DNA of 24,000 bases from the NCBI RefSeq assembly GCF_000826205.1, contig NZ_CDHL01000025.1. One strand, given 5' to 3'. Both the position numbers and the translations under genes were made by a program. Below the pieces are notes generated by a model, which did not search any database, had not been told where the DNA came from, and saw only the letters and a program-made list of their open reading frames with translations. Each line of letters begins with the position of its first letter. Within the stretch, counting starts at the first letter, position 1. Positions 6,576 to 15,288 of the stretch are shown here, in pieces. The DNA comes from Citrobacter pasteurii. Its GTDB lineage: Bacteria; Pseudomonadota; Gammaproteobacteria; Enterobacterales; Enterobacteriaceae.

Positions 6576-8828
6576 ATGAGCCAGACAGCAGAACAACAAC
6601 CATGCGGAAAGCACCCCGATCGGGCCGTCAGCACAGCGGAAGAAGACTGCTATGGGTTCACGCACATTGCCACCGAGTTAGCCCGTGCCATTCAGGGGAT
6701 CGGCCGGGAGGGCAGTGCCGTGATCGGTATCGAAGGCGCCTGGGGAACGGGGAAAACCAGCCTCCTGAATCTGCTGCGTATTGCACTGGAGGCACAGAAA
6801 GAAGACCGGACGTATGTGCTGAGCATCTCCCCCTGGCTTGACGGCAGCGATACGCCACTGGTGGCGTCACTCCTGCTGCCGGTCGCCGGCATCATTGCCC
6901 GGGAAGAAGAAAGCCGGCTTTCGGCCGTAGAACGGGCGAACCTCAAAGAGAAAAACGCGCTGACCGGCACCGCCCGTACGCTCATGGACTATACCCGGGC
7001 CACGGCCCGGCGGCTGGCGCCGCTCGCGCAGCTGGCCGCCGTGGTTCCCGGTATCCCCGATGCCAGCGGTGGCCTGAAAGCCGTGGCCGATTCGGACTGG
7101 CTGAAAGAAAAAGAAAAAACCACGGCAGAAATGCGTGCCGGCATTGCAGAGAAAATCGCAGAACTGGATCTGAGCTTCATTATCCTGCTGGACGATCTCG
7201 ATCGTCTTGAGCCGGCCCAGGCCGTGGAGGTGATCCGCCTGGTGAAGTCGGTCGCGGATTTTCCCCGCTTCCGCTACCTGCTCTGCTATGACAAAGCGGT
7301 GCTGGCAGAGGCCATCAGCCAGGGGCTGGGCGTGGCCGACGGCAGCCTGTATCTGCAGAAAATCGTGCAGATTTCCTTCGGGCTGCCGCGACCGGAGGCC
7401 TTTGTGCTGCGCCGGCAATTTCTGGAGGAGGCCATCCGGTTATACACGTCGGTGAACGGGCGTATGCCAGGGACCAGTGTGCAGGCGGCCCTGACGAGCG
7501 TCGCCGACATTTATGGGGCCGCACTGAAAACCCCCAGGGAGGTCCGGATGGTCATTAATGCGCTGGCCTTCCGCTATGCGGGTCTGCGGGATTATGTCTA
7601 TTTCCCGGATCTGTGCTTCCTGCAGTTGCTCCGCACCACGAATGCCGGCCTGTATGACTGGGTGGAAGCCTACCTGTCTGAACGGGCGGTGGTGGCGTCG
7701 GGTGAAGGGCATATCAGTGAACAAGAGCAGGAAGTACTGACTGAGAAACTGCGGACTCACCTGTCGCCGTATTTTCCTGGCGAAGCACATACCGTCGATG
7801 CGCTGAGTCAGTGGGTTCCGGGGATCTCCACCGGGGTGACGGACCAGGCCATCCATCTGTTCAGAACTGACAGCGAACAGGAAAAAGCCATACTGACCGC
7901 CGGAAAACGGCTGGGCAGCCAGGCCTACTGGCGCTACTATTTCGCCTTCTCCGCCCCGCAGAACGTCCTGCAGCCGGCGATTTTTGACCACATCTTCGAA
8001 GTGGCCGGCCATCCCGGAAAGCAGCGGGAACTGGCTGAACTGTTGTTCGGGTATATCCAGCGCCAGAACCTGTCTTCACGGACCTGGTTTGAGCACATTC
8101 TGAGCCAGCTGACCGTGCCGCTCATCGCCTCACGGACTCCCGGTGAATGCCGCGGTTTGCTGCAGTTCTTCCTGGACTACGGTGATGAAATACTGAAACG
8201 CTATCAGACGGAGGATCCGCGGTTTGAGCTGCATGATCTCGACACCTACAGCGTCGCTGACCGGCTCATCTTCCGGCTGTTACGGGATAACACGAACGGT
8301 ACCCGGGTCTTCCTGACAGAGCAGGCCCGGGACGGCCGGGCCTGGTACTGGATGGCAGAATATGTGCGCCACCTGCTGTGGCAACACGGGATGGCCGGGG
8401 ACGTGTCAAAAGATGATCAGGAAGAGTGGATGGCTCCGGACACATTAGAGACGTTTCGGGACGCGCTGGGGGCCAGGCTGAACAGTGCCGCCATCACCGA
8501 TACGCTGCCGGCGTTCCCCCTGCTGAACAGGTATATCTGGGCATGGTGTGACATCAGCGGGCTGGACGCCGTCCGGGAATGGGTGACCGTTCAGAGTCAG
8601 GAGGATGAGACTTTTCTGCAGTTGCTTCTGCAGCTGCGGGATCATCGCACTCGTTCAGTACAGGGGCATTACCGCACCCTGAAACTGGCCAGCATGACCG
8701 ACATTCTGGGGGACGTGGCGCAGATTAAAGCCCGTATCAGGTGTATCAAAAAGACCGGGCAGTATGCAGAACAGGTTGCCCTGGTCGAGCGAGCCATTGC
8801 GGGAACCCGGGGATCGCTAAGGCCCTGA
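6576..8828 (+). CDS. pifA: KAP-family P-loop NTPase, PifA-like (candidate phage-exclusion protein), 750 aa
   Basis: Walker A GIEGAWGTGKTSLLNLLRIAL, Walker B-like LSFIILLDDLDRLEPAQAVEVIRLVKSVADFPRFRYLLCYD, a KAP hallmark; start 2 nt after the pifC-like stop. Confidence 0.7.
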   Translation: MSQTAEQQPCGKHPDRAVSTAEEDCYGFTHIATELARAIQGIGREGSAVIGIEGAWGTGKTSLLNLLRIALEAQKEDRTYVLSISPWLDGSDTPLVASLLLPVAGIIAREEESRLSAVERANLKEKNALTGTARTLMDYTRATARRLAPLAQLAAVVPGIPDASGGLKAVADSDWLKEKEKTTAEMRAGIAEKIAELDLSFIILLDDLDRLEPAQAVEVIRLVKSVADFPRFRYLLCYDKAVLAEAISQGLGVADGSLYLQKIVQISFGLPRPEAFVLRRQFLEEAIRLYTSVNGRMPGTSVQAALTSVADIYGAALKTPREVRMVINALAFRYAGLRDYVYFPDLCFLQLLRTTNAGLYDWVEAYLSERAVVASGEGHISEQEQEVLTEKLRTHLSPYFPGEAHTVDALSQWVPGISTGVTDQAIHLFRTDSEQEKAILTAGKRLGSQAYWRYYFAFSAPQNVLQPAIFDHIFEVAGHPGKQRELAELLFGYIQRQNLSSRTWFEHILSQLTVPLIASRTPGECRGLLQFFLDYGDEILKRYQTEDPRFELHDLDTYSVADRLIFRLLRDNTNGTRVFLTEQARDGRAWYWMAEYVRHLLWQHGMAGDVSKDDQEEWMAPDTLETFRDALGARLNSAAITDTLPAFPLLNRYIWAWCDISGLDAVREWVTVQSQEDETFLQLLLQLRDHRTRSVQGHYRTLKLASMTDILGDVAQIKARIRCIKKTGQYAEQVALVERAIAGTRGSLRP

Positions 8829-8836
8829 CAGGGCCT
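8820..8836. other. Stem-loop overlapping the KAP NTPase stop codon
   Basis: AGGCCCT-GAC-AGGGCCT, perfect 7-bp stem, no T-tract after it. Confidence 0.4.
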
Positions 8837-9057
8837 CAGGCATACTCAGTGGATCAGCGTTATCCGGATGCTGACCATCACAAAGATGCGCTCTGCCGAC
8901 GGGAGGCGAGCATTATCCCGTAAGGTGACCCGCGTGTGACAGGAGGAAGAACAGGCGCTGCGCAGGATACTGTCTGTCCTGTCCAGCGTCTGAACGCCAC
9001 CTCAGTTCTGCTTCCACACTTCCCTTTGACGTCGCACATGAAAAAATGCCGTACCGG

Positions 9058-9354
9058 TTATCTCCAGGGATCGTGCCCCGGTGTATCCTGAGTCTGACTG
9101 AGAATACGGATAATGGTGATCACCGATACGGATGGCACAAAATAGATCATATGCTGTGCCACCGGTAATGAGCAGATATCCTCGCCCAGCTCCGGACGCC
9201 GTGTTCCGATATCATGGGTGGCCAGCACATCAAACACAGCGGCAATCCGGTCGACATACTCATCTGCCTGACCAACGCCAAACTGTCTGAAGCTGTATTC
9301 CCAGATAGCAACAAGATCCTCTTCCGCCTTAGGGGTCAGCTCAATTTCTTTCAT
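9058..9354 (-). CDS. parE: ParE-family toxin
   Basis: From internal ATG: MKEIELTPKAEEDLVAIWEYSFRQFGVGQADEYVDRIAAVFDVLA...RRPELGEDICSLPVAQHMIYFVPS...IIRILSQTQD. RelE/ParE fold; overlaps ParD by 4 nt. Confidence 0.88.
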   Translation of the reverse strand: MKEIELTPKAEEDLVAIWEYSFRQFGVGQADEYVDRIAAVFDVLATHDIGTRRPELGEDICSLPVAQHMIYFVPSVSVITIIRILSQTQDTPGHDPWR

Positions 9355-9602
9355 TCTGCCACCCTGGCTCTGACATGTTTCAAAAAGGCATCCTTGTTCC
9401 ACGGCTTTGGATCGCCGCTGCTGATCCCTTCGGCCAGCACATCGCGCAACCTTTGCAGGTGGGATTCCGCTTGCTTTTCACGCAGCAAACGCAGTGCATC
9501 ACGCATGACTTCACTCTGGGTACGGTAGTCACCAGCACTGACCAGGGAATCGATAAATTCACGCAGCTCATCACCTACGTCTACCGTCATCGTGCGGGCC
9601 AT
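9351..9602 (-). CDS. parD: ParD-family antitoxin
   Basis: MARTMTVDVGDELREFIDSLVSAGDYRTQSEVMRDALRLLREKQ, typical ParD RHH; the ATG at 9602 fits family length (83 aa) better than the 146-aa ORF. Confidence 0.88.
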   Translation of the reverse strand: MARTMTVDVGDELREFIDSLVSAGDYRTQSEVMRDALRLLREKQAESHLQRLRDVLAEGISSGDPKPWNKDAFLKHVRARVAE

Positions 9603-9868
9603 ATTGCCTCCATAGATTGATGTAAGATTTGTTCTTACATCAGTATATTCCCTTTCTCCCCTGACTTCCATCACGCCGCTCAGATAGGAAACTTCAACCA
9701 TATAGTAGTAAGGATCCGACTTTACCTTTTTTCGGATCTCCGGTGAAAACCAGGCCATGTATGTAACTTCACTGCGATACTTTCGCATCAATTATTTAAT
9801 TTGACTCATTTAATATAGTTTGACTTCTATTAATCGGATGTGAGATAAGGATTGTCATAATAATCGGT

Positions 9869-10471
9869 TTGACAAAAGTGGACATTCTGATGGGAAAAAT
9901 AGTCGATAAGTATCTGGAAGAAGCAAATCGTGTCATGACGCTGCGTAAAATACCAGCTGATGTCGATGCTGCCATTACCGAACAGGCCCGCCTGTCGGGG
10001 AAATCCAAAAACGATCTGGTGCTTGAGTTACTGACAGCCACATTCGGCGATCTGCTGGGGAATTTTGTGCGCACCAGTGAACTGGTTGCCCTGATGGACA
10101 AGGAGATTGCCCGACTGACAGAACGGGAGATCACGTTGCAGAGCTTTGAAAGCGATCTTGTCCCCATCTATAACCGGGAATACTGTCGTATCCTCGAACT
10201 TAATAATGAGGACGATCTCAAGCGTATTATGATGAACAATATTCCTTATCTCGAGCTTCGTGCACGGCAGCTTCGTTACGGCATGCTTCCGTTTCTGCCT
10301 AAAGGGATTTCGATGATAATGGCTCTGTTCTGCGAAGTTGCCGGACGGGACGGGCTGACTATCGCCCAGTTTTATACTTCTCTCTGGTTTGTTATCGAGC
10401 AGGAGGAGTATTACAGGGAGATCAATGAGATCAGAGATGCGAAATCCCTGCTGCCTGCTAAGGCTCTCTGA
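9869..10471 (+). CDS. Hypothetical protein with an RHH-like N-terminal segment
   Basis: ORF of about 200 aa (alternative ATG at 9890); segment RKIPADVDAAITEQARLSGKSKNDLVLELLTATFG resembles an Arc-type RHH; perfect terminator hairpin follows. Confidence 0.6.
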   Translation: MTKVDILMGKIVDKYLEEANRVMTLRKIPADVDAAITEQARLSGKSKNDLVLELLTATFGDLLGNFVRTSELVALMDKEIARLTEREITLQSFESDLVPIYNREYCRILELNNEDDLKRIMMNNIPYLELRARQLRYGMLPFLPKGISMIMALFCEVAGRDGLTIAQFYTSLWFVIEQEEYYREINEIRDAKSLLPAKAL

Positions 10472-10477
10472 AACGAG

Positions 10478-10502
10478 GAAAGCCCACCATAGGTGGGCTT
10501 TC
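10478..10502. terminator. Bidirectional terminator-like hairpin
   Basis: GAAAGCCCACC-ATA-GGTGGGCTTTC, perfect 11-bp stem. Confidence 0.65.
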
Positions 10503-10647
10503 AATAACGCTTTGCCTGTGGTGCAACGCGACTAGAACCAGTTAAGGGGAAGTTAGCGCTGCAGGCGGATTCATCAAAAATGATACATCCCCACAGAACT
10601 CAGGTCAACCGGTTCTGTGGGAAGTAATGAAATAGTAAGGTCTGACA

Positions 10648-11580
10648 ATGCCACAGAATACACCCGTAAATACCGTACTGCCTCTCATTTCCTCCCCGCG
10701 CCTGGGTAGCTACATTGTGACATTCAAACCTGTTGGTGATCACGAGCTGTACGGGACATACATCTGGAGTCAGCTGGCCAGCGGTTCCGTATACCCTCTT
10801 CTGCAGAATCTGGAAATTACGCTGCGTAATGCTGTCGATGCAGAGGGCAGAAGACGCTTTGGCGAAAAATGGTGGGATAATCCCAGTCTCTACTGTGGGA
10901 GACCTATCACCCAGACTGCTTTTTACGGAAAAATTCTCCGGGCCATCGATAACCTGAATGAAGCATGGAAGAAAAAGCAACGGAAAAGAAAAAAACCAAC
11001 TCATCCGTTGCCTCAGTGGAGCCATGATCAAATCATCGCTGCGACCGACTTCAGTGCATGGCATTTCATACTGAATAATGACTTTGCCGCGCCAAGCACT
11101 TCTCAAAACCAACATTACCTCTGGCCAGTTTCAACAGGCAGAGTTTTCAGAACATACAACAGCGTGTCAACAAACGAAAAGACAGCCCGTTCGAAAATGC
11201 GTGATCTGGTTGTGGAAATGCGTGAGTACAGGAACCGGCTTTCGCACAATGAACCTATCTGGGTTAAAGCGCCTAACGTCAGCGACGCAGCGACTGCAAT
11301 TGACACTATCCGGAATAAAATTCGAAAAATAGAGTCGTTAATTACCATCATCTCACCGGATAAACACCTGATAATGGAAAAAATGGGGCTGTTTAGTCAG
11401 GCGCTGCGGACCTGCTCCGTACAGGAACTGGCGATCCACAATTTTACCCATGCCAGTTGCTCACTGACGCGGCGTCAGAAACGTAATCTCCGGGGAGTGA
11501 TATCCGCAGCGGAAAAACAAAACCAGTCACAGGTGTTTGAGTACGCCAGCCGGATATTTTCACTCCATCGGGTCAGATAA
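10648..11580 (+). CDS. Candidate Abi_2 (AbiD/AbiF)-like HEPN protein, 310 aa
   Basis: SVYPLLQNLEITLRNAVDAEGRRRFGEKWWDNP early, plus a central MREYRNRLSHNEPIW with the RNxxxH-type HEPN catalytic motif. Confidence 0.55.
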   Translation: MPQNTPVNTVLPLISSPRLGSYIVTFKPVGDHELYGTYIWSQLASGSVYPLLQNLEITLRNAVDAEGRRRFGEKWWDNPSLYCGRPITQTAFYGKILRAIDNLNEAWKKKQRKRKKPTHPLPQWSHDQIIAATDFSAWHFILNNDFAAPSTSQNQHYLWPVSTGRVFRTYNSVSTNEKTARSKMRDLVVEMREYRNRLSHNEPIWVKAPNVSDAATAIDTIRNKIRKIESLITIISPDKHLIMEKMGLFSQALRTCSVQELAIHNFTHASCSLTRRQKRNLRGVISAAEKQNQSQVFEYASRIFSLHRVR

Positions 11581-11669
11581 TACAGTTCCGGTGTATACGG
11601 ATTGAGGCTGGCCGTGGTTCCACTTTTCCCGGCATGTGCCTTCCATTTCCGGCAAAAATGATAACAGTA

Positions 11670-12350
11670 TTAAATGGCTGACTCGGTCAGTTCAGACAAC
11701 CCCTGCATTATATGGCGCTTTCGTTCTTTGAGAAGAACCAGAGTTGCCGAGTGTGGCCCCTCTGAAAGAGGTGATTCCTGAAAACCACACTGCTTGCGAA
11801 TCCGTCTTGCCAGAGAAGATGCACGCAGGCCCAGCGGGGTAGTATAACGGGCCCGGATGCGAAGCAGTTCAGCACTGTCAGCACCGTAGGAAAGGTGTTC
11901 TGAGCTATTCGCTATATGGATACGGGCATCAAGAAGCATCCCTGGAAGCTCCATGATACGGTACATATCCCATGCCCGCAGCGCCCGCCAGTTCCCTTCC
12001 ACTCCGGCCAGACTGATTTCCGGGAACTCTGTTCCGGGAATAATCACAACCTGAGCCCTCGGATCATGGTTCTCTTTTTCTTTCCCTTTATCAATGGCCA
12101 CATCCGCACACTTGACAGCAAAAGATTCAAGAATAAATATCAGTTGCGAACCTATAAAACACAGCTCTGCTGCCTGCTCTCTGTCAGTTTTCTCCTGCTC
12201 AAGGTTCGCTTTATCTTTAATCGCCATTATTTCACGACGTCTGGCCAGTATATGTGTCAACAAAACTACTGAGAGTGCCCCGATATAGGGCCAACCCAGT
12301 GACAAAAACCCCCAGATATTCGTCGGCTCCTTAAGAAGTCCCGCCTCCAT
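11670..12350 (-). CDS. Hypothetical membrane-anchored protein, 226 aa
   Basis: N-terminal WGFLSLGWPYIGALSVVLLTHILARRRE helix then a soluble, charged domain. Confidence 0.55.
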   Translation of the reverse strand: MEAGLLKEPTNIWGFLSLGWPYIGALSVVLLTHILARRREIMAIKDKANLEQEKTDREQAAELCFIGSQLIFILESFAVKCADVAIDKGKEKENHDPRAQVVIIPGTEFPEISLAGVEGNWRALRAWDMYRIMELPGMLLDARIHIANSSEHLSYGADSAELLRIRARYTTPLGLRASSLARRIRKQCGFQESPLSEGPHSATLVLLKERKRHIMQGLSELTESAI

Positions 12351-12487
12351 TGTCCTTCCTCAGTCAGAGAACCTGCTTCGTAAATAAAGACATATTTTTT
12401 GCCACATATCCTGTTCAGGTACAACAGATCAGTTTCTGCCTTTTTCCGGATCTGACCGCAAAAAGAGAGCGGGTGTCTGTACTGACC

Positions 12488-12575
12488 GTACTGTCTGTAT
12501 TAACTGTATCGTATGTACTGAATGTATCGTAATGTATTATGTGTATTGAGCCGTATTAACTGTATTGTGTATTTT
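12488..12575. promoter_or_regulatory. TGTAT-rich repeat array upstream of kfrA (candidate operator)
   Basis: Near copies CTGTATTAACTGTATCGTATGTA (12495-12517) and CCGTATTAACTGTATTGTGTAT (12551-12572), plus TGTATCGTA twice between them. Confidence 0.6.
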
Positions 12576-12622
12576 TCACACACAGGATACACTGAGTGCA
12601 TAACACCCCACGGAGAGAGTCC

Positions 12623-13246
12623 ATGAGCAAACTGCCTTCCCCTGACATGATCCGTCGCATCGAGGACGCCGCGGCGGCGCTCATCGCCGCCGGTACCGCG
12701 AACCCGACCAACGTCCAGGTCCGTGACCACCTCGGCGGCGGCTCGCTGGCCACCATTTCCCCAGTGATGCGCGCGTTCCGCGCCCGGCTGCGCGAACAGG
12801 CCAGTGAACAGACGCCGGAACTGCCGGCGGCGCTGGCGCAACTGCTGACCGGCCAGCTGGCCCTGCTGTGGCAGGCGGCGGTAAAACAGGCGGACGCCGG
12901 GGCGCTGGCCGCGCGCGAGCAGGCCGACGCCGACATTGAACAGGCCGACCTCGAGCGCGACGCCGCGCTGACCCGGGTGGCTGAACTGGAAAGCGAGCTG
13001 GCGGTGCTGCGGGAGGTTCAGGCCGAACGGGACCGTCTTCTGCAGCAGGAAACCGGGCTTCGGGAGCATACGATTTCGCTGCGTGAGGAGGTGGTGCGCC
13101 AGCAGACCCGGAACGAACATCTGAGTGCGCAGTTGCAGGAGAGCCGGGAGGAAGTGAAAACCCTGCGGGCCAGTGAAAAGGCGCTTCAGGCCGAACTGCT
13201 GGCCCTGGCGCGGGCAGAGCAGAAAGGCGGGGAGGGAACAAAATGA
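12623..13246 (+). CDS. kfrA: KfrA-like DNA-binding coiled-coil protein
   Basis: MSKLPSPDMIRRIEDAAAALIAAGTANPTNVQVRDHLGGGSLATISPVMRAFRARL (KfrA_N-like), then a long alanine/glutamate/arginine coiled coil. ATG at 12623 after GGAGAGAG. Confidence 0.8.
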   Translation: MSKLPSPDMIRRIEDAAAALIAAGTANPTNVQVRDHLGGGSLATISPVMRAFRARLREQASEQTPELPAALAQLLTGQLALLWQAAVKQADAGALAAREQADADIEQADLERDAALTRVAELESELAVLREVQAERDRLLQQETGLREHTISLREEVVRQQTRNEHLSAQLQESREEVKTLRASEKALQAELLALARAEQKGGEGTK

Positions 13247-13288
13247 CACCGGAAATCAGATGCATTGCAACCGGAAGGAGGCAGAGCA

Positions 13289-13831
13289 ATGCCTTACTAC
13301 AATGGCCGCTGGCACCTCTATGACGAACGGGAACGGCGGGAATACGGAGAACGAAAACGGCAGGAGCGCAGCCAGCAATGGCAGGCGAACTGGATCAGCC
13401 GGCAGGGACTGAAAGCCCGACTCTGGACGGACAAGGCCATCGCGACATTCCTGCCCCCGCCGGAGCACGCGGGCCCCATCCGGGCCTGGCGGAGAAAGGA
13501 TGTGCTGACGGCAGAAGAAAAGCCGGACTTTCAGGCGTGGATAGCGACGCGCCGTGACTGGCTTGATGCGCGCTGCCGGCTGCCGGAGATCACCTACACC
13601 ACTTACGGCCTGCTGGCAATTGGCTGGAACCGGCGGGCCCCGGACAAACCGATCCGCTACCAGCGGCTGGTCTGGAATGAGGCGAAACAAGCGCTGACGG
13701 ACTACTCACGGCAGTGGCATAACTCGCCGTTTACCGGCGCGGATTTTGAAGAGGACGATCCGGATGACGTCGCCTGCGCGATCTTCGAATGGTATCTGCG
13801 CCAGTGCAGTACATCACCGGTACCGGAATAG
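13289..13831 (+). CDS. Hypothetical plasmid protein, 180 aa
   Basis: ATG at 13289 preceded by GGAGG; MPYYNGRWHLYDERERREYGERKRQERSQQWQANW... Confidence 0.6.
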   Translation: MPYYNGRWHLYDERERREYGERKRQERSQQWQANWISRQGLKARLWTDKAIATFLPPPEHAGPIRAWRRKDVLTAEEKPDFQAWIATRRDWLDARCRLPEITYTTYGLLAIGWNRRAPDKPIRYQRLVWNEAKQALTDYSRQWHNSPFTGADFEEDDPDDVACAIFEWYLRQCSTSPVPE

Positions 13832-13857
13832 TCAATGCCAGACTGCGGAGAGAAGAA

Positions 13858-14730
13858 ATGGATAAGGATGAGTTAGCCTCACGGCGCGCCGCCGCCATTG
13901 CGGAAGACGCGTGTTTTACCCGGGGACGCCTGCGCGATGAATTCCGGATGAAGCCAGCGACCGGGGTGGAGCCGGTCAGATGGTATAAAAGCAGTTATGG
14001 TGGCCAGTATGGCGTGTACCGTATCGCTGACTGCGTCCCGATGCGGGAGAAACGCCCGCCGACGGAGAAGCAACGGCGCGCCGGGCAGCGTCTGGCCGTG
14101 CTGTCCCGCCTGAACAGCCCCCGCGGCAGACTGGCACAGAAAGCCCGGACCTGGCTGAGCCTGGCGCCGTTGTTCCTGGACACGGAGACCACCGGCCTCG
14201 GCGACCACGCCGAAGCTCTGGAAATCGGCCTGACGGAGGCCGACGGTCGCGTGACTTTTGCAACCCGCCTCCGCCCGACGGTCGACATCGATCCGCAGGC
14301 CGGTGCCGTCCACGGGATCACGGCACCGGCACTCCGCGACGAACCGTCCTGGCCGGAGGTGGCCGCAACGCTTCAGCACATTATCGGTGCCCGTCCGCTG
14401 ATTATCTTTAATGCCCCTTTTGACCTGCGTATCCTGAAGCAGACCGCGGCGGCACATGGCGATCCGGCTCCGTGGCTGGACGGGCTCAAGGCCCACTGCG
14501 CGATGCAACTGGCCGCCGGCTATTACGGGGCCACCAACCGCTATGGCTCCATCTCGCTCGCCAGTGCCGCCCGTGAGGCTGGCCTCACCTGGCAGGATCG
14601 GGCGCATTCGGCCCTTGCCGATGCCCGGATGACCGCGGGCGTGGTGGCCGCCATCGCGGCGGACGACCTTCAGCTGAGACGGGAACTGGCCAGTTATGAA
14701 GAGTCCCCGCCGACAGAACAGCAGGATTGA
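13858..14730 (+). CDS. DEDDh 3'-5' exonuclease (DnaQ/PolC-epsilon-like)
   Basis: LFLDTETTGLGDHAEALEIGLTEADG...VHGIT...LIIFNAPFDLRIL...HSALADARMTAGVVAAI: ExoI, ExoII and ExoIII motifs. ATG at 13858 preceded by GGAGAGAAGA. Confidence 0.85.
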   Translation: MDKDELASRRAAAIAEDACFTRGRLRDEFRMKPATGVEPVRWYKSSYGGQYGVYRIADCVPMREKRPPTEKQRRAGQRLAVLSRLNSPRGRLAQKARTWLSLAPLFLDTETTGLGDHAEALEIGLTEADGRVTFATRLRPTVDIDPQAGAVHGITAPALRDEPSWPEVAATLQHIIGARPLIIFNAPFDLRILKQTAAAHGDPAPWLDGLKAHCAMQLAAGYYGATNRYGSISLASAAREAGLTWQDRAHSALADARMTAGVVAAIAADDLQLRRELASYEESPPTEQQD

Positions 14731-14795
14731 CGTATTCAGGGCCGACATCCTGACAGGTGAAGACTTTGCCGTTCACACAACAATAAGGACCGGAT

Positions 14796-15116
14796 GTGAA
14801 TAAAAAAGCGTATTCAGGCAGTGCATTGCCATCCCGCCTGGCGTTACCGTCCCGGGTGACCTTCGTTCTGGAAGTTACCGGACTCTTCCTGGTGTGGTGG
14901 TGCCTGCTGAGACAGGAGTACACACCCGCCTCCTCTTTCATCGGAAATATCGCAGACGTCACGCAGTTCATTGGCGGACTGATTATGGTGATCTTTTGCT
15001 GCCGGGCATCTGGTTTTGCCGCGTTCATCCGCACCTTCGCGTATGGCGGTACCTGCGTGCCGTTGAATCAGACCTCCTCGCGGGAAGGTACACGCTATGT
15101 GCACCTGAACAGTTGA
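14796..15116 (+). CDS. Hypothetical inner membrane protein
   Basis: GTG start with AAGGA upstream; two hydrophobic stretches (VTFVLEVTGLFLVWWCLL; TQFIGGLIMVIFCC). Confidence 0.4.
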   Translation: MNKKAYSGSALPSRLALPSRVTFVLEVTGLFLVWWCLLRQEYTPASSFIGNIADVTQFIGGLIMVIFCCRASGFAAFIRTFAYGGTCVPLNQTSSREGTRYVHLNS

Positions 15117-15288
15117 CGGTTGTCACCTCAAAAGGCTACCAGGGCCCCCTGAAGGACAGCGTCGTATACACGAATGCAGGCATGATGAAGAGGCTGAATA
15201 CTAACATGACAGGATTAAATATTAGTTATGCCGTGCAGTTGATTGGTAATGAGGAAAAGAGCAGCAGAACAGCTCATGAGGTATATGC

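Noticed and set aside
7440-8012. 190-aa minus-strand ORF inside the KAP NTPase gene
   Set aside because: Antisense shadow of a GC-rich coding region; the sense frame contains the Walker motifs and continues without break.
9351-9791. Long 146-aa form of the ParD frame
   Set aside because: ParD family length and start are matched by the ATG at 9602; the extra 63 aa lie in what should be the promoter region.
10028-11115. Minus-strand ORFs of 158 and 171 aa
   Set aside because: Opposite better-supported plus-strand genes, with no family resemblance.
12681-13690. Long minus-strand ORFs opposite kfrA and the 13289 gene (202 and 144 aa)
   Set aside because: Proline/arginine/alanine-rich composition typical of antisense frames of GC-rich genes; no ribosome binding site context considered convincing.
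13879-14748. 289-aa minus-strand ORF opposite the exonuclease gene
   Set aside because: The sense frame has all three DEDDh exonuclease motifs, so the antisense ORF is most likely spurious.
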